Position numbers and translations under genes: made by a program. This document shows positions 1 to 7,082 of a DNA stretch of 35,190 bases, in pieces. The notes under the pieces were generated by a model that saw only the letters and a program-made list of their open reading frames with translations, was not told the origin of the DNA and searched no databases. The stretch spans positions 1 to 35,190 of the IMG/VR virus record IMGVR_UViG_3300033067_000862; one strand, given 5' to 3'. This DNA comes from a virus. Lineage: Duplodnaviria > Caudoviricetes. Each line of letters begins with the position of its first letter. Positions within the stretch are counted from its first letter, which is position 1.

Positions 1-195
1 GGCCAGTTTGGGAACATCCACACCAACACAATCGAAGGCTTTTGGGCCATCGTTAAACGGGCCGTGTACGGGCAATTCCACCATGTCAGCAAAAAGTATC
101 TGCCGCTTTACATGAACGAATTGACATATCGGTATAACAATCGCGGAAACAACAATGTTTTGGAGGATTTACTATGCCTAGCGATAAAGCCCTAA
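1..195 (+). CDS. IS1595-family DDE transposase, C-terminal fragment
   Basis: Frame 1 reads GQFGNIHTNTIEGFWAIVKRAVYGQFHHVSKKYLPLYMNELTYRYNNR...KP*. HTNTIEGFW..KR...G..H.VS..YL..Y..E...RYN is the IS1595 signature. Not in the ORF track because it has no start in the window. Confidence 0.92.
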   Translation, partial: GQFGNIHTNTIEGFWAIVKRAVYGQFHHVSKKYLPLYMNELTYRYNNRGNNNVLEDLLCLAIKP

Positions 196-209
196 AGCGT
201 ATAATTCCG
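1..209 (+). mobile_element. Right end of an IS1595-family insertion sequence (truncated by window start)
   Basis: Transposase C-terminus at 1-195, then a candidate terminal IR reading CGGAATTATACG on the minus strand (209-198). An AT-rich flank AATTTTTG (210-217) is the candidate 8-bp target duplication. The exact end is inferred. Confidence 0.8.
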
Positions 210-315
210 AATTTTTGATGGTATCCACTGGGGTGTTGGTTTCTTTGGCAAGCCGGGCGCGTGACCAATTTAAAACCTTGCGCACGTAACGCAGATATTT
301 TCCGCATATTTTCAT
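210..315 (-). pseudogene. XRE/Cro-like helix-turn-helix gene interrupted by the IS
   Basis: ATG at 315 overlaps the upstream stop (ATGA). It reads MKICGKYLRYVRKVLNWSRARLAKETNTPVDTIKN, matching HTH_XRE (LR..R....S...LA......TI..xE). It enters IS sequence at the end of the recognition helix and stops at 178. Confidence 0.75.
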
Positions 316-803
316 CCCCATAGCTCCGCATAATCAAATCGCTTGCCCAGCGCATGGCGTATGCTGATTTGCTCACCATCAAATTCCATAACCTTGTCGT
401 CAAAAACATGGGCGTATTTATCAATGTTAATTTTACCCTCCAGCCAGCGCATGCCCTTGTAAGTCAGCGACCACATGCCGCTGCTGCGCTTTTCCTCGCT
501 GGGGTCAGCTTCTTTGGCCTCTGCCAGCCCCCAGTGTTTCACAATGCAGAAATCTCGACCGCTTGTGTGGCTGCCCGGCCTAAACGCTTCAATATGCACC
601 CAACCATCGGGGTGCCCATTCAATTCAACGCTTTTTTTGTAAAGGTTAATCAGCATCCTTGCCAGTGTGCTATGAATGCTCATGCGCCATACGTTTGCTG
701 GCCGCTTGCAGCACGGGCATCTTAAATTCGGCTTGCGATTTTTGAGATCGCGCTCAAAGCTCTGTTGCTGAATACCTTCAAAAAGTGACATTTGCGCGGT
801 CAT
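312..803 (-). CDS. Phage hypothetical protein (CPCC knuckle, possible winged helix)
   Basis: 163 aa; ATGA-coupled to neighbours on both sides; CPCC motif; WSLTYKG resembles a wHTH end. Confidence 0.8.
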   Translation of the reverse strand: MTAQMSLFEGIQQQSFERDLKNRKPNLRCPCCKRPANVWRMSIHSTLARMLINLYKKSVELNGHPDGWVHIEAFRPGSHTSGRDFCIVKHWGLAEAKEADPSEEKRSSGMWSLTYKGMRWLEGKINIDKYAHVFDDKVMEFDGEQISIRHALGKRFDYAELWG

Positions 804-1936
804 AATTCCCCCATAAGTTTTTCAATAAGATTAATCCGTTCACCGATGTATCGCATCACTGGCACTGGCATTGAATTGCCGATCGCCTTGTATCGAGCGC
901 CATCGGGTGTTTTTTCCGAGATACGGGTATAATTGTCCGGGAAGCCCTGCAGGCGTTCGCATTCAATCGGCATCAGCCTGCGAACGCGCATTTTTGCATC
1001 CATCACGCCTTCATGGCGACCGCCATTCCCGCCCCTCTGGATAGTTCCAGCAAGGTCTACGTGGGCATTTAATTGTTCAGACCATCCAATGGTGCAAACC
1101 GCAGCGGTGGCGTTATGCTGCGCTCCTATCGCATGACAGATATCGTTTGATGATATCGGGTCTTGTGTTGGGTGAAATGCAAACGGCACAAGCGGTGTTC
1201 CGCGCCCTGTCCCATCCTCACTGGCATCAAATCCATCGCCACGCAGGGTGTGGGTTATCAGGTTTTCTGATCCTCCACCAATATCCCCGCCATTGGCTCT
1301 TAAGGTTCCGACCCCTTCGCTGTATCCTCCAATGCTTGACGGAGTAAAGCAGGCAGTGTCTTTTTGCGTTTCTCTGCGCGGCGCAGGATTCCACGACATG
1401 CTCTGGCTGTCAAAAAGTACTGCGGCGGGAGGTCGCCAGTCACCAAGATATCCGACAACGAACACACGGCGGCGGCGCTGTGCCAATCCGAAATATTGAG
1501 CGTCAAAAACCCTGTAGGCGAACCCATACCCGCACTCTGCCAGCCCCGCGAGGAAGGTTCCAAAACTGCCCCCCCCTCCTTTAGCTGACAGGACTCCGGG
1601 GACGTTTTCCCAGACCAACCACTTTGGCCGCAGGCGCTGAGTAAGTTTAACAAACTCAAGTGTGAGATTGCCTCGCTCGTCAGCAAAGCCTTTTCTAAGC
1701 CCAGCGACACTGAAGGCTTGGCACGGTGTTCCACCGACAAGAAGGTTAATTGGTTCATAGTCGTTTTCCTTTATCGTTGTAAAATCGCCATGGCATGGCA
1801 CGTCTTTGTAGTGGTGCTTAAGCACTGCGCGCGGAAATTTTTCAATCTCACTGAAAAACGAAGGATTCCAACCCAGCGGATGCCATGCGACTGTTGCGGC
1901 CTCAATACCTGAGCAAATGCTGCCGTAAATCATCAT
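800..1936 (-). CDS. DNA (cytosine-5) methyltransferase
   Basis: Motif I SICSGIEA, IV GGTPCQAFS, VI ENVPG, VIII QRRRRVF, IX RRLMPIECERLQGFP, X YKAIGNS. Confidence 0.96.
   Translation of the reverse strand: MMIYGSICSGIEAATVAWHPLGWNPSFFSEIEKFPRAVLKHHYKDVPCHGDFTTIKENDYEPINLLVGGTPCQAFSVAGLRKGFADERGNLTLEFVKLTQRLRPKWLVWENVPGVLSAKGGGGSFGTFLAGLAECGYGFAYRVFDAQYFGLAQRRRRVFVVGYLGDWRPPAAVLFDSQSMSWNPAPRRETQKDTACFTPSSIGGYSEGVGTLRANGGDIGGGSENLITHTLRGDGFDASEDGTGRGTPLVPFAFHPTQDPISSNDICHAIGAQHNATAAVCTIGWSEQLNAHVDLAGTIQRGGNGGRHEGVMDAKMRVRRLMPIECERLQGFPDNYTRISEKTPDGARYKAIGNSMPVPVMRYIGERINLIEKLMGEL
1300..1758 (-). CDS. Overprinted ORF in the +1 frame of the C5-MTase, resembling the M.EcoHK31I beta polypeptide
   Basis: 152 aa open frame; AGGA SD 8 nt upstream of the ATG; C-terminal CSLSDILVTG..PPQYFLTARACRGILRRAEKRKKTLP..LRQAL resembles (from recall) the alternative-frame beta subunit family. 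Confidence 0.7.
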   Translation of the reverse strand: MNQLTFLSVEHRAKPSVSLGLEKALLTSEAISHLSLLNLLSACGQSGWSGKTSPESCQLKEGGAVLEPSSRGWQSAGMGSPTGFLTLNISDWHSAAAVCSLSDILVTGDLPPQYFLTARACRGILRRAEKRKKTLPALLRQALEDTAKGSEP

Positions 1937-2229
1937 TAGCCCCCATTTTCAAGTTTATGGGCTTGTCGCAATATTTCATTCCTATATTCAGGTGTTGTGT
2001 ATCCGAAAGTGCTAATATTAGCAGCCATTCTCATTCCCTTGATGATGCCAAAATTTTCAGATTGCATCACAAGTTTTGCCTCTGCTTCCAGCCGCAGCTC
2101 GTGCTCTTTTTCGGCACGCTCTTTCCATGCTTTTAAATCATGCTTTAACTGCTGTATTTCTTTATGATATTCAGCAATCTCTGGCTCATAAATAATCCGC
2201 TTAAAGTCTGATAACTCGGTCATTCGCAT
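1936..2229 (-). CDS. Hypothetical protein with coiled coil
   Basis: 97 aa, charged heptad-like segment, stop overlaps the MTase start. True start may be the second Met (2223). Confidence 0.7.
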   Translation of the reverse strand: MRMTELSDFKRIIYEPEIAEYHKEIQQLKHDLKAWKERAEKEHELRLEAEAKLVMQSENFGIIKGMRMAANISTFGYTTPEYRNEILRQAHKLENGG

Positions 2230-2747
2230 CCCCTTCCAAGGCCTGTTTTTGGATCAGTATCGGCGGTGAATTTTTCCCAATGCACCCACCCTTGTGGGCA
2301 GTGAAATCCCCACTGTCTCACCCGCGGCCCGGTAATAAAAATGGTAGTTACTGGCACGTTTTCAGTTTTGCCACGTTCATTCGTATCACAGCGCATTAAT
2401 TGAATTCGATGAGCTGATTTTGCACTTCGTAAATAAACAAAACCCTCTTGTCGCAGATTAGGTATGCATCGGTTTCCCCAAACATCCAACTTGAATGGCA
2501 CCCATTCAAAATAATCGCCATCTAACAACACCGATGCATTCCACCATGGATGGTCATGTAGCGCCCGGTCATCATCGCTGCGCAGGAACCTGTGAAGGTA
2601 GATATTGAACCAGCGGTTGCGCGGGATGATATGCCAGCGCTTGAGGTATGGCCTATCCTCGCCACCGATCACAACATCGGGCGGTGATTGCATCCTCTTG
2701 TTTGCCCAGCTCAGAAGCGTTTTGCGGATAAAATTTGGGATTTTCAT
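2220..2747 (-). CDS. Cupin-like phage protein
   Basis: LHRFLRSDDDRALHDHPW...DGDYFE...AHRIQL...TIFITGP resembles cupin metal-binding motifs; SD AAGGA upstream. Confidence 0.8.
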   Translation of the reverse strand: MKIPNFIRKTLLSWANKRMQSPPDVVIGGEDRPYLKRWHIIPRNRWFNIYLHRFLRSDDDRALHDHPWWNASVLLDGDYFEWVPFKLDVWGNRCIPNLRQEGFVYLRSAKSAHRIQLMRCDTNERGKTENVPVTTIFITGPRVRQWGFHCPQGWVHWEKFTADTDPKTGLGRGCE

Positions 2748-2750
2748 TTT

Positions 2751-2765
2751 TTAACAATCCTTTAA
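2751..2765. promoter_or_regulatory. CtrA-like box TTAA-N7-TTAA
   Basis: TTAA-CAATCCT-TTAA brackets the SD of the 2220-2747 gene; one half-site includes the upstream stop codon. Confidence 0.35.
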
Positions 2766-2950
2766 AAATTATATTGCCAATCACAATATAACGAACCTTT
2801 TGGTATAAATAACCCAGCTCTGATTAGGTAAATTTCGCTATTAAAATACTTACAGCCCCAAGCTATTTTTTGTGAATTAATAACAAGCCATCCAGTAGAA
2901 AATGCTACAAATAAACAACCAATTATTAATCCTGTTATATAATTTTTCAT
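2762..2950 (-). CDS. Small membrane protein, AT-rich
   Basis: 62 aa with an N-terminal hydrophobic helix; about 28% GC in 2761-2820; ATGA coupling. Confidence 0.65.
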   Translation of the reverse strand: MKNYITGLIIGCLFVAFSTGWLVINSQKIAWGCKYFNSEIYLIRAGLFIPKGSLYCDWQYNF

Positions 2951-3216
2951 GGCCTAACCCCGCAAATATCAAAGACACTTGTTTTGCTGTGTAGGTGCTG
3001 GCCGTTTATATAAAAGCCAACTGGCTTTTCATGGTCATCAAGCCAGAGGTTGCAGCGCACTGAGGTTTGCCACTGTATCCCTTTCACCTTTGAAAGGCCG
3101 CCATTTGCAAACAGCACCGAATTGCCTATAGCAATGTTTTTAAGGATAGGTTTTTCTGAATGCTTTTTCAGGGGCGGCCACTTAGCATGCACCTTGGCTG
3201 TAGTTTCTTTTTTCAT
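2947..3216 (-). CDS. Hypothetical protein
   Basis: 89 aa; SD AAGGAG upstream; coupled to the downstream gene. Confidence 0.7.
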   Translation of the reverse strand: MKKETTAKVHAKWPPLKKHSEKPILKNIAIGNSVLFANGGLSKVKGIQWQTSVRCNLWLDDHEKPVGFYINGQHLHSKTSVFDICGVRP

Positions 3217-3219
3217 TGT

Positions 3220-3235
3220 GTTAAGCTCCTTTTAA
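3220..3235 (-). promoter_or_regulatory. CtrA-like box TTAA-N7-TTAAC
   Basis: Minus strand reads TTAA-AAGGAGC-TTAAC, bracketing the SD of 2947-3216. Confidence 0.4.
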
Positions 3236-3255
3236 TTGATATTATTTTTAAAACT

Positions 3256-3435
3256 TTATTCAGCAAACTCCAGTTTTTTCACGCATTTATGGCCACCCAT
3301 CACCTGAACAAGAACCCCTCCAGCTTTTTCACATTTCATCTGATCGCGCACAAATAAAGCCATAAAAACAATGGCTATTACTATTATTATTAAACATCCA
3401 CGTTCTTCCTCTGGGTCAAAATTTTTCATTGTCAT
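3256..3435 (-). CDS. Small single-pass membrane protein (59 aa, below ORF-track cutoff)
   Basis: MTMKNFDPEEERGCLIIIVIAIVFMALFVRDQMKCEKAGGVLVQVMGGHKCVKKLEFAE; SD AAGGA; TM helix followed by C...GG...C. Confidence 0.7.
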   Translation of the reverse strand: MTMKNFDPEEERGCLIIIVIAIVFMALFVRDQMKCEKAGGVLVQVMGGHKCVKKLEFAE

Positions 3436-3529
3436 TTTTCAATCCTTTTTTGTTATCATGTTGCGCTGGTTGATGACTCCTCCAGCTAAGTGGGCGGGCG
3501 GCATGCTTTTTGCGGGGCATGCCGCTTCC

Positions 3530-3835
3530 CTATTTGTCATTGCGTATGTCGTGGCGTGTCTCCTCTCTGGCTATGCGGTGCCCTTCAATGATTTCGGCTG
3601 CATCCTCGTCCAGCATCTCTTGAAAGTATGCCCCTACCGACTGGATGTATTCCATGCCGATTTTGCTGTTTTTAGGTATTTTGTGTGGTGCCCATGAAAC
3701 AAAAACCCGGCTGGCATCGATAGCAATTCCACCGATCCGTGCCTCATCAAAAATCGGGCGACCGCCCTCAATCACATAGTCCACATCGACTGGGATATCG
3801 CCCGGCAGATGATATTCTTGTGTACCTGACTCCAT
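3530..3835 (-). CDS. Hypothetical protein
   Basis: 101 aa; SD AGGAG; co-oriented in the early operon. Confidence 0.7.
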   Translation of the reverse strand: MESGTQEYHLPGDIPVDVDYVIEGGRPIFDEARIGGIAIDASRVFVSWAPHKIPKNSKIGMEYIQSVGAYFQEMLDEDAAEIIEGHRIAREETRHDIRNDK

Positions 3836-3844
3836 GGTGTGCTC

Positions 3845-4084
3845 CTATGCGGTTGCGGGTTCAGCTTGTAATCGGTATTCGAATTGGTCGTTTATCTCGT
3901 TCACCACATCGGCCAGCAGCGCCTGCCCCAGTAGGCTCTGATAGACCCTATGATCCACGTTTTTGAGCTCGCGCAGCGCAGTGTGGGCTTTTTTAAGGTT
4001 GTCATCGCTTGCATTCTGGATTAGTGCGATTAATGCGTTGGCAACATCATGCCTGCATTGAATGGATGCGGTTTCTTTGTTCAT
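3845..4084 (-). CDS. Hypothetical helical protein
   Basis: 79 aa; co-oriented and tightly packed. Confidence 0.65.
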   Translation of the reverse strand: MNKETASIQCRHDVANALIALIQNASDDNLKKAHTALRELKNVDHRVYQSLLGQALLADVVNEINDQFEYRLQAEPATA

Positions 4085-4131
4085 TTGATAGACACCAATC
4101 TTTTTGCTGGAAGTGGAACGATAAGGCCTCG

Positions 4132-4347
4132 TCAGTTTACATTTTGGGGATTGAAGCTGGCCGTTTTTGGTTTTGGTGCCATGTCCAATCGTTCAACTAT
4201 CGGGGTCAGCTTATATCCTTCTGGAAGGACGCACATGCCGTTTTTGACAGCTCTTAATTCTGCGTGAGTGTGTACGTCATCAATCAGCAGTACAGCGTTG
4301 CCTAGAATAAACAGGGTAAACACTAGTTTGGTATAAAACTTACTCAT
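4132..4347 (-). CDS. Small membrane-anchored protein
   Basis: Start reassigned to ATG 4347 (ATGA overlap); MSKFYTKLVFTLFILGNAVLLID is a TM or signal segment. Confidence 0.6.
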   Translation of the reverse strand: MSKFYTKLVFTLFILGNAVLLIDDVHTHAELRAVKNGMCVLPEGYKLTPIVERLDMAPKPKTASFNPQNVN

Positions 4348-4655
4348 GCTGCACCGCCTGTGGCTTTTGCTAGAGCTGCAATGCGCATATTCTTGCAATC
4401 CGCACCATTTCTATCAACCAGCAGGTCAGTCCATTTTTCGGTAAACTCGGCGCGTGAAAGCGTTGCGCCATCATGCTCAACCTGCAGGGCATTCACCAAA
4501 TCTTCATGGGCATTGACGCAGCGCACAAAAATCTCTGCATATTCAGCCTGTTGCTTTGACGTGGTTTGACCGTGACCGCTGTAATTTTTAAAAATAATTA
4601 CGTGGTCTGAAGCTCTGCGGATGTCCCCGCAGCTATCTGTATAAAATTTGTTCAT
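4344..4655 (-). CDS. Phage hypothetical protein
   Basis: AEIFVRCVNAHEDLVNAL...AALAKATGG is a recurrent early-gene pattern; start reassigned to ATG 4655. Confidence 0.75.
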   Translation of the reverse strand: MNKFYTDSCGDIRRASDHVIIFKNYSGHGQTTSKQQAEYAEIFVRCVNAHEDLVNALQVEHDGATLSRAEFTEKWTDLLVDRNGADCKNMRIAALAKATGGAA

Positions 4656-4759
4656 TTTCCGTTCCACCTTCTAATGTATTGAATAAAAGCTATTAAGCTG
4701 CGCATGGGTTCGTCACTTCCTTTTGGGTTGGACTGGTATGTAGTGTGGGTCGCCATCAT
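4652..4759 (-). CDS. Putative 35-aa micro-ORF
   Basis: MMATHTTYQSNPKGSDEPMRSLIAFIQYIRRWNGK fills the gap exactly, with ATGA overlaps at both ends. Confidence 0.45.
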   Translation of the reverse strand: MMATHTTYQSNPKGSDEPMRSLIAFIQYIRRWNGK

Positions 4760-5028
4760 CCTGCATGGTCAGCTCCTTTCCAGAAATCTTCAGAGTCCTT
4801 GTAATCAAAAATGTAAAATGAAACTTTGGCACCCATCGCTCCTTTGCGTTTGACGATAGCAAAGGTATCCTCTGTGTTGATGTTGCTTGAGCGATACGTC
4901 AGCTGGGTTTGCCCGTTTGCTTTTGCGTATGCATCAATCAGATCTATGGCTTCTTTGATGTTTTCAGCGCGGCAGAATGGTCGGGCGATGCGCTGGTGGG
5001 GCATTTTGGCTACAATGGTCAGGGTCAT
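4756..5028 (-). CDS. Hypothetical protein
   Basis: 90 aa; SD AGGA upstream. Confidence 0.7.
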   Translation of the reverse strand: MTLTIVAKMPHQRIARPFCRAENIKEAIDLIDAYAKANGQTQLTYRSSNINTEDTFAIVKRKGAMGAKVSFYIFDYKDSEDFWKGADHAG

Positions 5029-5047
5029 GGCGTTTTTCCTATTTTAA

Positions 5048-5224
5048 TTATTCAAGTCTTTCAGCGGCTTCCCAGCAATCAATAAATGCTTTCAGATATG
5101 CATATTGACGAGGTGTTAAATCTTCCCTGCCTATCAAGTCTGATGCGCTTGCATGCGGTAGGTTTTGGCTGGCGCACCAGTTTTTAAATGCTTCGCTGAG
5201 TTCTTCTAGGGTTGTTGGCTTCAT
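5048..5224 (-). CDS. Small hypothetical protein (58 aa, below ORF-track cutoff)
   Basis: MKPTTLEELSEAFKNWCASQNLPHASASDLIGREDLTPRQYAYLKAFIDCWEAAERLE; SD AAGGGG; fills the gap. Confidence 0.7.
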   Translation of the reverse strand: MKPTTLEELSEAFKNWCASQNLPHASASDLIGREDLTPRQYAYLKAFIDCWEAAERLE

Positions 5225-5235
5225 GGTTTTTCCCC

Positions 5236-5520
5236 TTAGGCTGCTGTTTTGCGCAGTGTGTCTTGGAATGCGCAGGCCGTTGCGATGTCCTGAATAATCA
5301 GGTCGTGGGCTAGGCGGTCTGGGTAGGATTGAATGTCGCCTGTTGGCATCTCAACCGCTACCTTGGCTCTGCAGCCCAATCCTGTTTGGACGATAACCGC
5401 AACCCGTTCATTGGTGCCTGCTATCAAAATCTCGCCTTCGTTTTCGTTGTCGCCTTCGGTGATGCGTTGGATTTTAATTCCCTTGGCTTCGAGCTTCTTT
5501 GCGTAGGTTGCTGCTTTCAT
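5236..5520 (-). CDS. First gene of the leftward early operon, hypothetical
   Basis: 94 aa; SD GGAG; directly downstream of a consensus-like promoter. Confidence 0.75.
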   Translation of the reverse strand: MKAATYAKKLEAKGIKIQRITEGDNENEGEILIAGTNERVAVIVQTGLGCRAKVAVEMPTGDIQSYPDRLAHDLIIQDIATACAFQDTLRKTAA

Positions 5521-5558
5521 CGTGTTTCTCCGTGTTGCGGTGTTTTGTCGATGCCCAA

Positions 5559-5587
5559 GTTATAGGGGGCTATTGACCCCATTGCAA
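5559..5587 (-). promoter_or_regulatory. Sigma70-type leftward early promoter with a palindrome in the spacer
   Basis: Minus strand TTGCAA-17 nt-TATAAC; spacer holds the imperfect palindrome GGGGTCAATAGCCCC. Confidence 0.7.
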
Positions 5588-5634
5588 GCAAATAATGCAT
5601 CCCAGAACGTCAAAAAGTCAGGCTATTGATATGA

Positions 5635-5663
5635 TTGCGTAATATGGCGATTTGTGGCATCTT
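5635..5663 (+). promoter_or_regulatory. Candidate rightward promoter
   Basis: TTGCGT-17 nt-CATCTT with extended -10 TG; weak match. Confidence 0.35.
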
Positions 5664-5697
5664 GGGATGCGTAATCCCACCCGCACTGGAGTCTAAA

Positions 5698-7053
5698 ATG
5701 GCAGAATTAAAGATTAAATGGACTGAAAAAACGGCAAAATTGACCGATTTGAAGCCATATGAACGCAACCCGCGCAGCATCACAAAGGCTGCGTTTAATA
5801 AGCTGAAATCCGCGATTGAAGATTTGGGCTATCACCAGCGGATTATCGTGCAGCCTGATTTGCGGGTTATCGGTGGTCATCAGCGTATTCGCGCCTTGCA
5901 TGAGCTTGGTATTGAGGAGGTGACCATTCTCATTCCCAGCCGCGAGCTCACCACCGAGGAATTCCGCAGATTGCTTGTGCAGGATAATTTGGCCTTTGGC
6001 GACTTTGATATGGAAATCCTCGCCAATGACTTTGACAAAGAAGAATTGCTGGACTGGGGCATGCCGCCTGCGATGATTGACGCATTACCGAATTCGGTAG
6101 AGGAAGGCCTCACCGATCCTGACGATGCCCCCCCCCTCGAAGCCACGGTTATTGCCCAAGAGGGAGATGTATTCGTGCTGGGTGACCATCGCATCATTTG
6201 CGGGGATTGCACCAGCGCGGACGTGGTGCAGCGTGTTATGGGTAAGGCGAAGCCTTCGCTTATGGTTACCGACCCACCCTATGGCGTGGAATACGACCCT
6301 TCATGGCGTGAAAAGGCAGGCGTTGGCGGCACTGGCACGGCCAAGGGCAAGGTTTTAAACGATGACCGCGCAGACTGGAGCGAAGCGTGGGCTTTGTTCC
6401 CCGGCAACGTGGCTTATGTCTGGCATGGTGCGCTGCATTGCCCTGTGGTGGCGCAAAGCCTTGAAAGATGCGGTTTTAAAGTCCGGGCGCAGATTATCTG
6501 GGTAAAAACCAGAGCTGCCCTTTCTCGTGGGCATTATCACTGGCATCACGAGCCTGCCTTGTATGCCCAGAAGCCTGACACGGATGATGGATGGCGTTTT
6601 GGTGACGACCATGAGGTGGCTGCCTATACCGTGCGTGAGGGAGCCGCTAATGCAAAATGGCGGGGTGGCAGGAAGCAGACGACCGTCTGGTTTATTGACC
6701 ACATGAAAAACGACACAGGCCACGGAACCCAAAAGCCTGTCATGTGCATGCAGCGCCCGATTGAGAACAATTCAGCCAAAGGCGATTTTGTGTACGACCC
6801 ATTCCTTGGCTCTGGCTCCACCCTTATCGCTGCCCAAATGACAGGCCGTAAATGTATCGGCAGCGAATTAAACCCAGCGTACATGGATGTCATCATCCGG
6901 CGCTGGCAAAACTTCACGGGTCAAAAGGCTATTCTTGAAGCCACTGGCCAGACCTTTGAAGACCTTGAGACGGGCGGTCGTACTGCGAAGCCTGAGGCCG
7001 CAAGTAAAACGAAGGCTAATAATATCAAAAAGCCATCAAATAAGAAAAAATAG
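5698..7053 (+). CDS. ParB/Srx-like N-terminal domain fused to an N6-A/N4-C DNA methyltransferase (beta class)
   Basis: LKPYERNPR...IGGHQRIRA (ParB-like); TDPPY precedes YDPFLGSGST; HGTQKPV; start reassigned to ATG 5698 after GGAG. Confidence 0.92.
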   Translation: MAELKIKWTEKTAKLTDLKPYERNPRSITKAAFNKLKSAIEDLGYHQRIIVQPDLRVIGGHQRIRALHELGIEEVTILIPSRELTTEEFRRLLVQDNLAFGDFDMEILANDFDKEELLDWGMPPAMIDALPNSVEEGLTDPDDAPPLEATVIAQEGDVFVLGDHRIICGDCTSADVVQRVMGKAKPSLMVTDPPYGVEYDPSWREKAGVGGTGTAKGKVLNDDRADWSEAWALFPGNVAYVWHGALHCPVVAQSLERCGFKVRAQIIWVKTRAALSRGHYHWHHEPALYAQKPDTDDGWRFGDDHEVAAYTVREGAANAKWRGGRKQTTVWFIDHMKNDTGHGTQKPVMCMQRPIENNSAKGDFVYDPFLGSGSTLIAAQMTGRKCIGSELNPAYMDVIIRRWQNFTGQKAILEATGQTFEDLETGGRTAKPEAASKTKANNIKKPSNKKK

Positions 7054-7082
7054 CTAATTCAATAGATTAAGTGAGGTTTGCC

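Noticed and set aside
86-424. 112-aa minus-strand ORF from the track
   Set aside because: It crosses the IS junction, is antisense to the transposase, and is out of frame with the better supported HTH ORF starting at 315.
5635-5697. TTG-start N-terminal extension of the ParB-MTase
   Set aside because: ATG 5698 has a GGAG SD and begins the ParB domain; the extension overlaps the candidate promoter.
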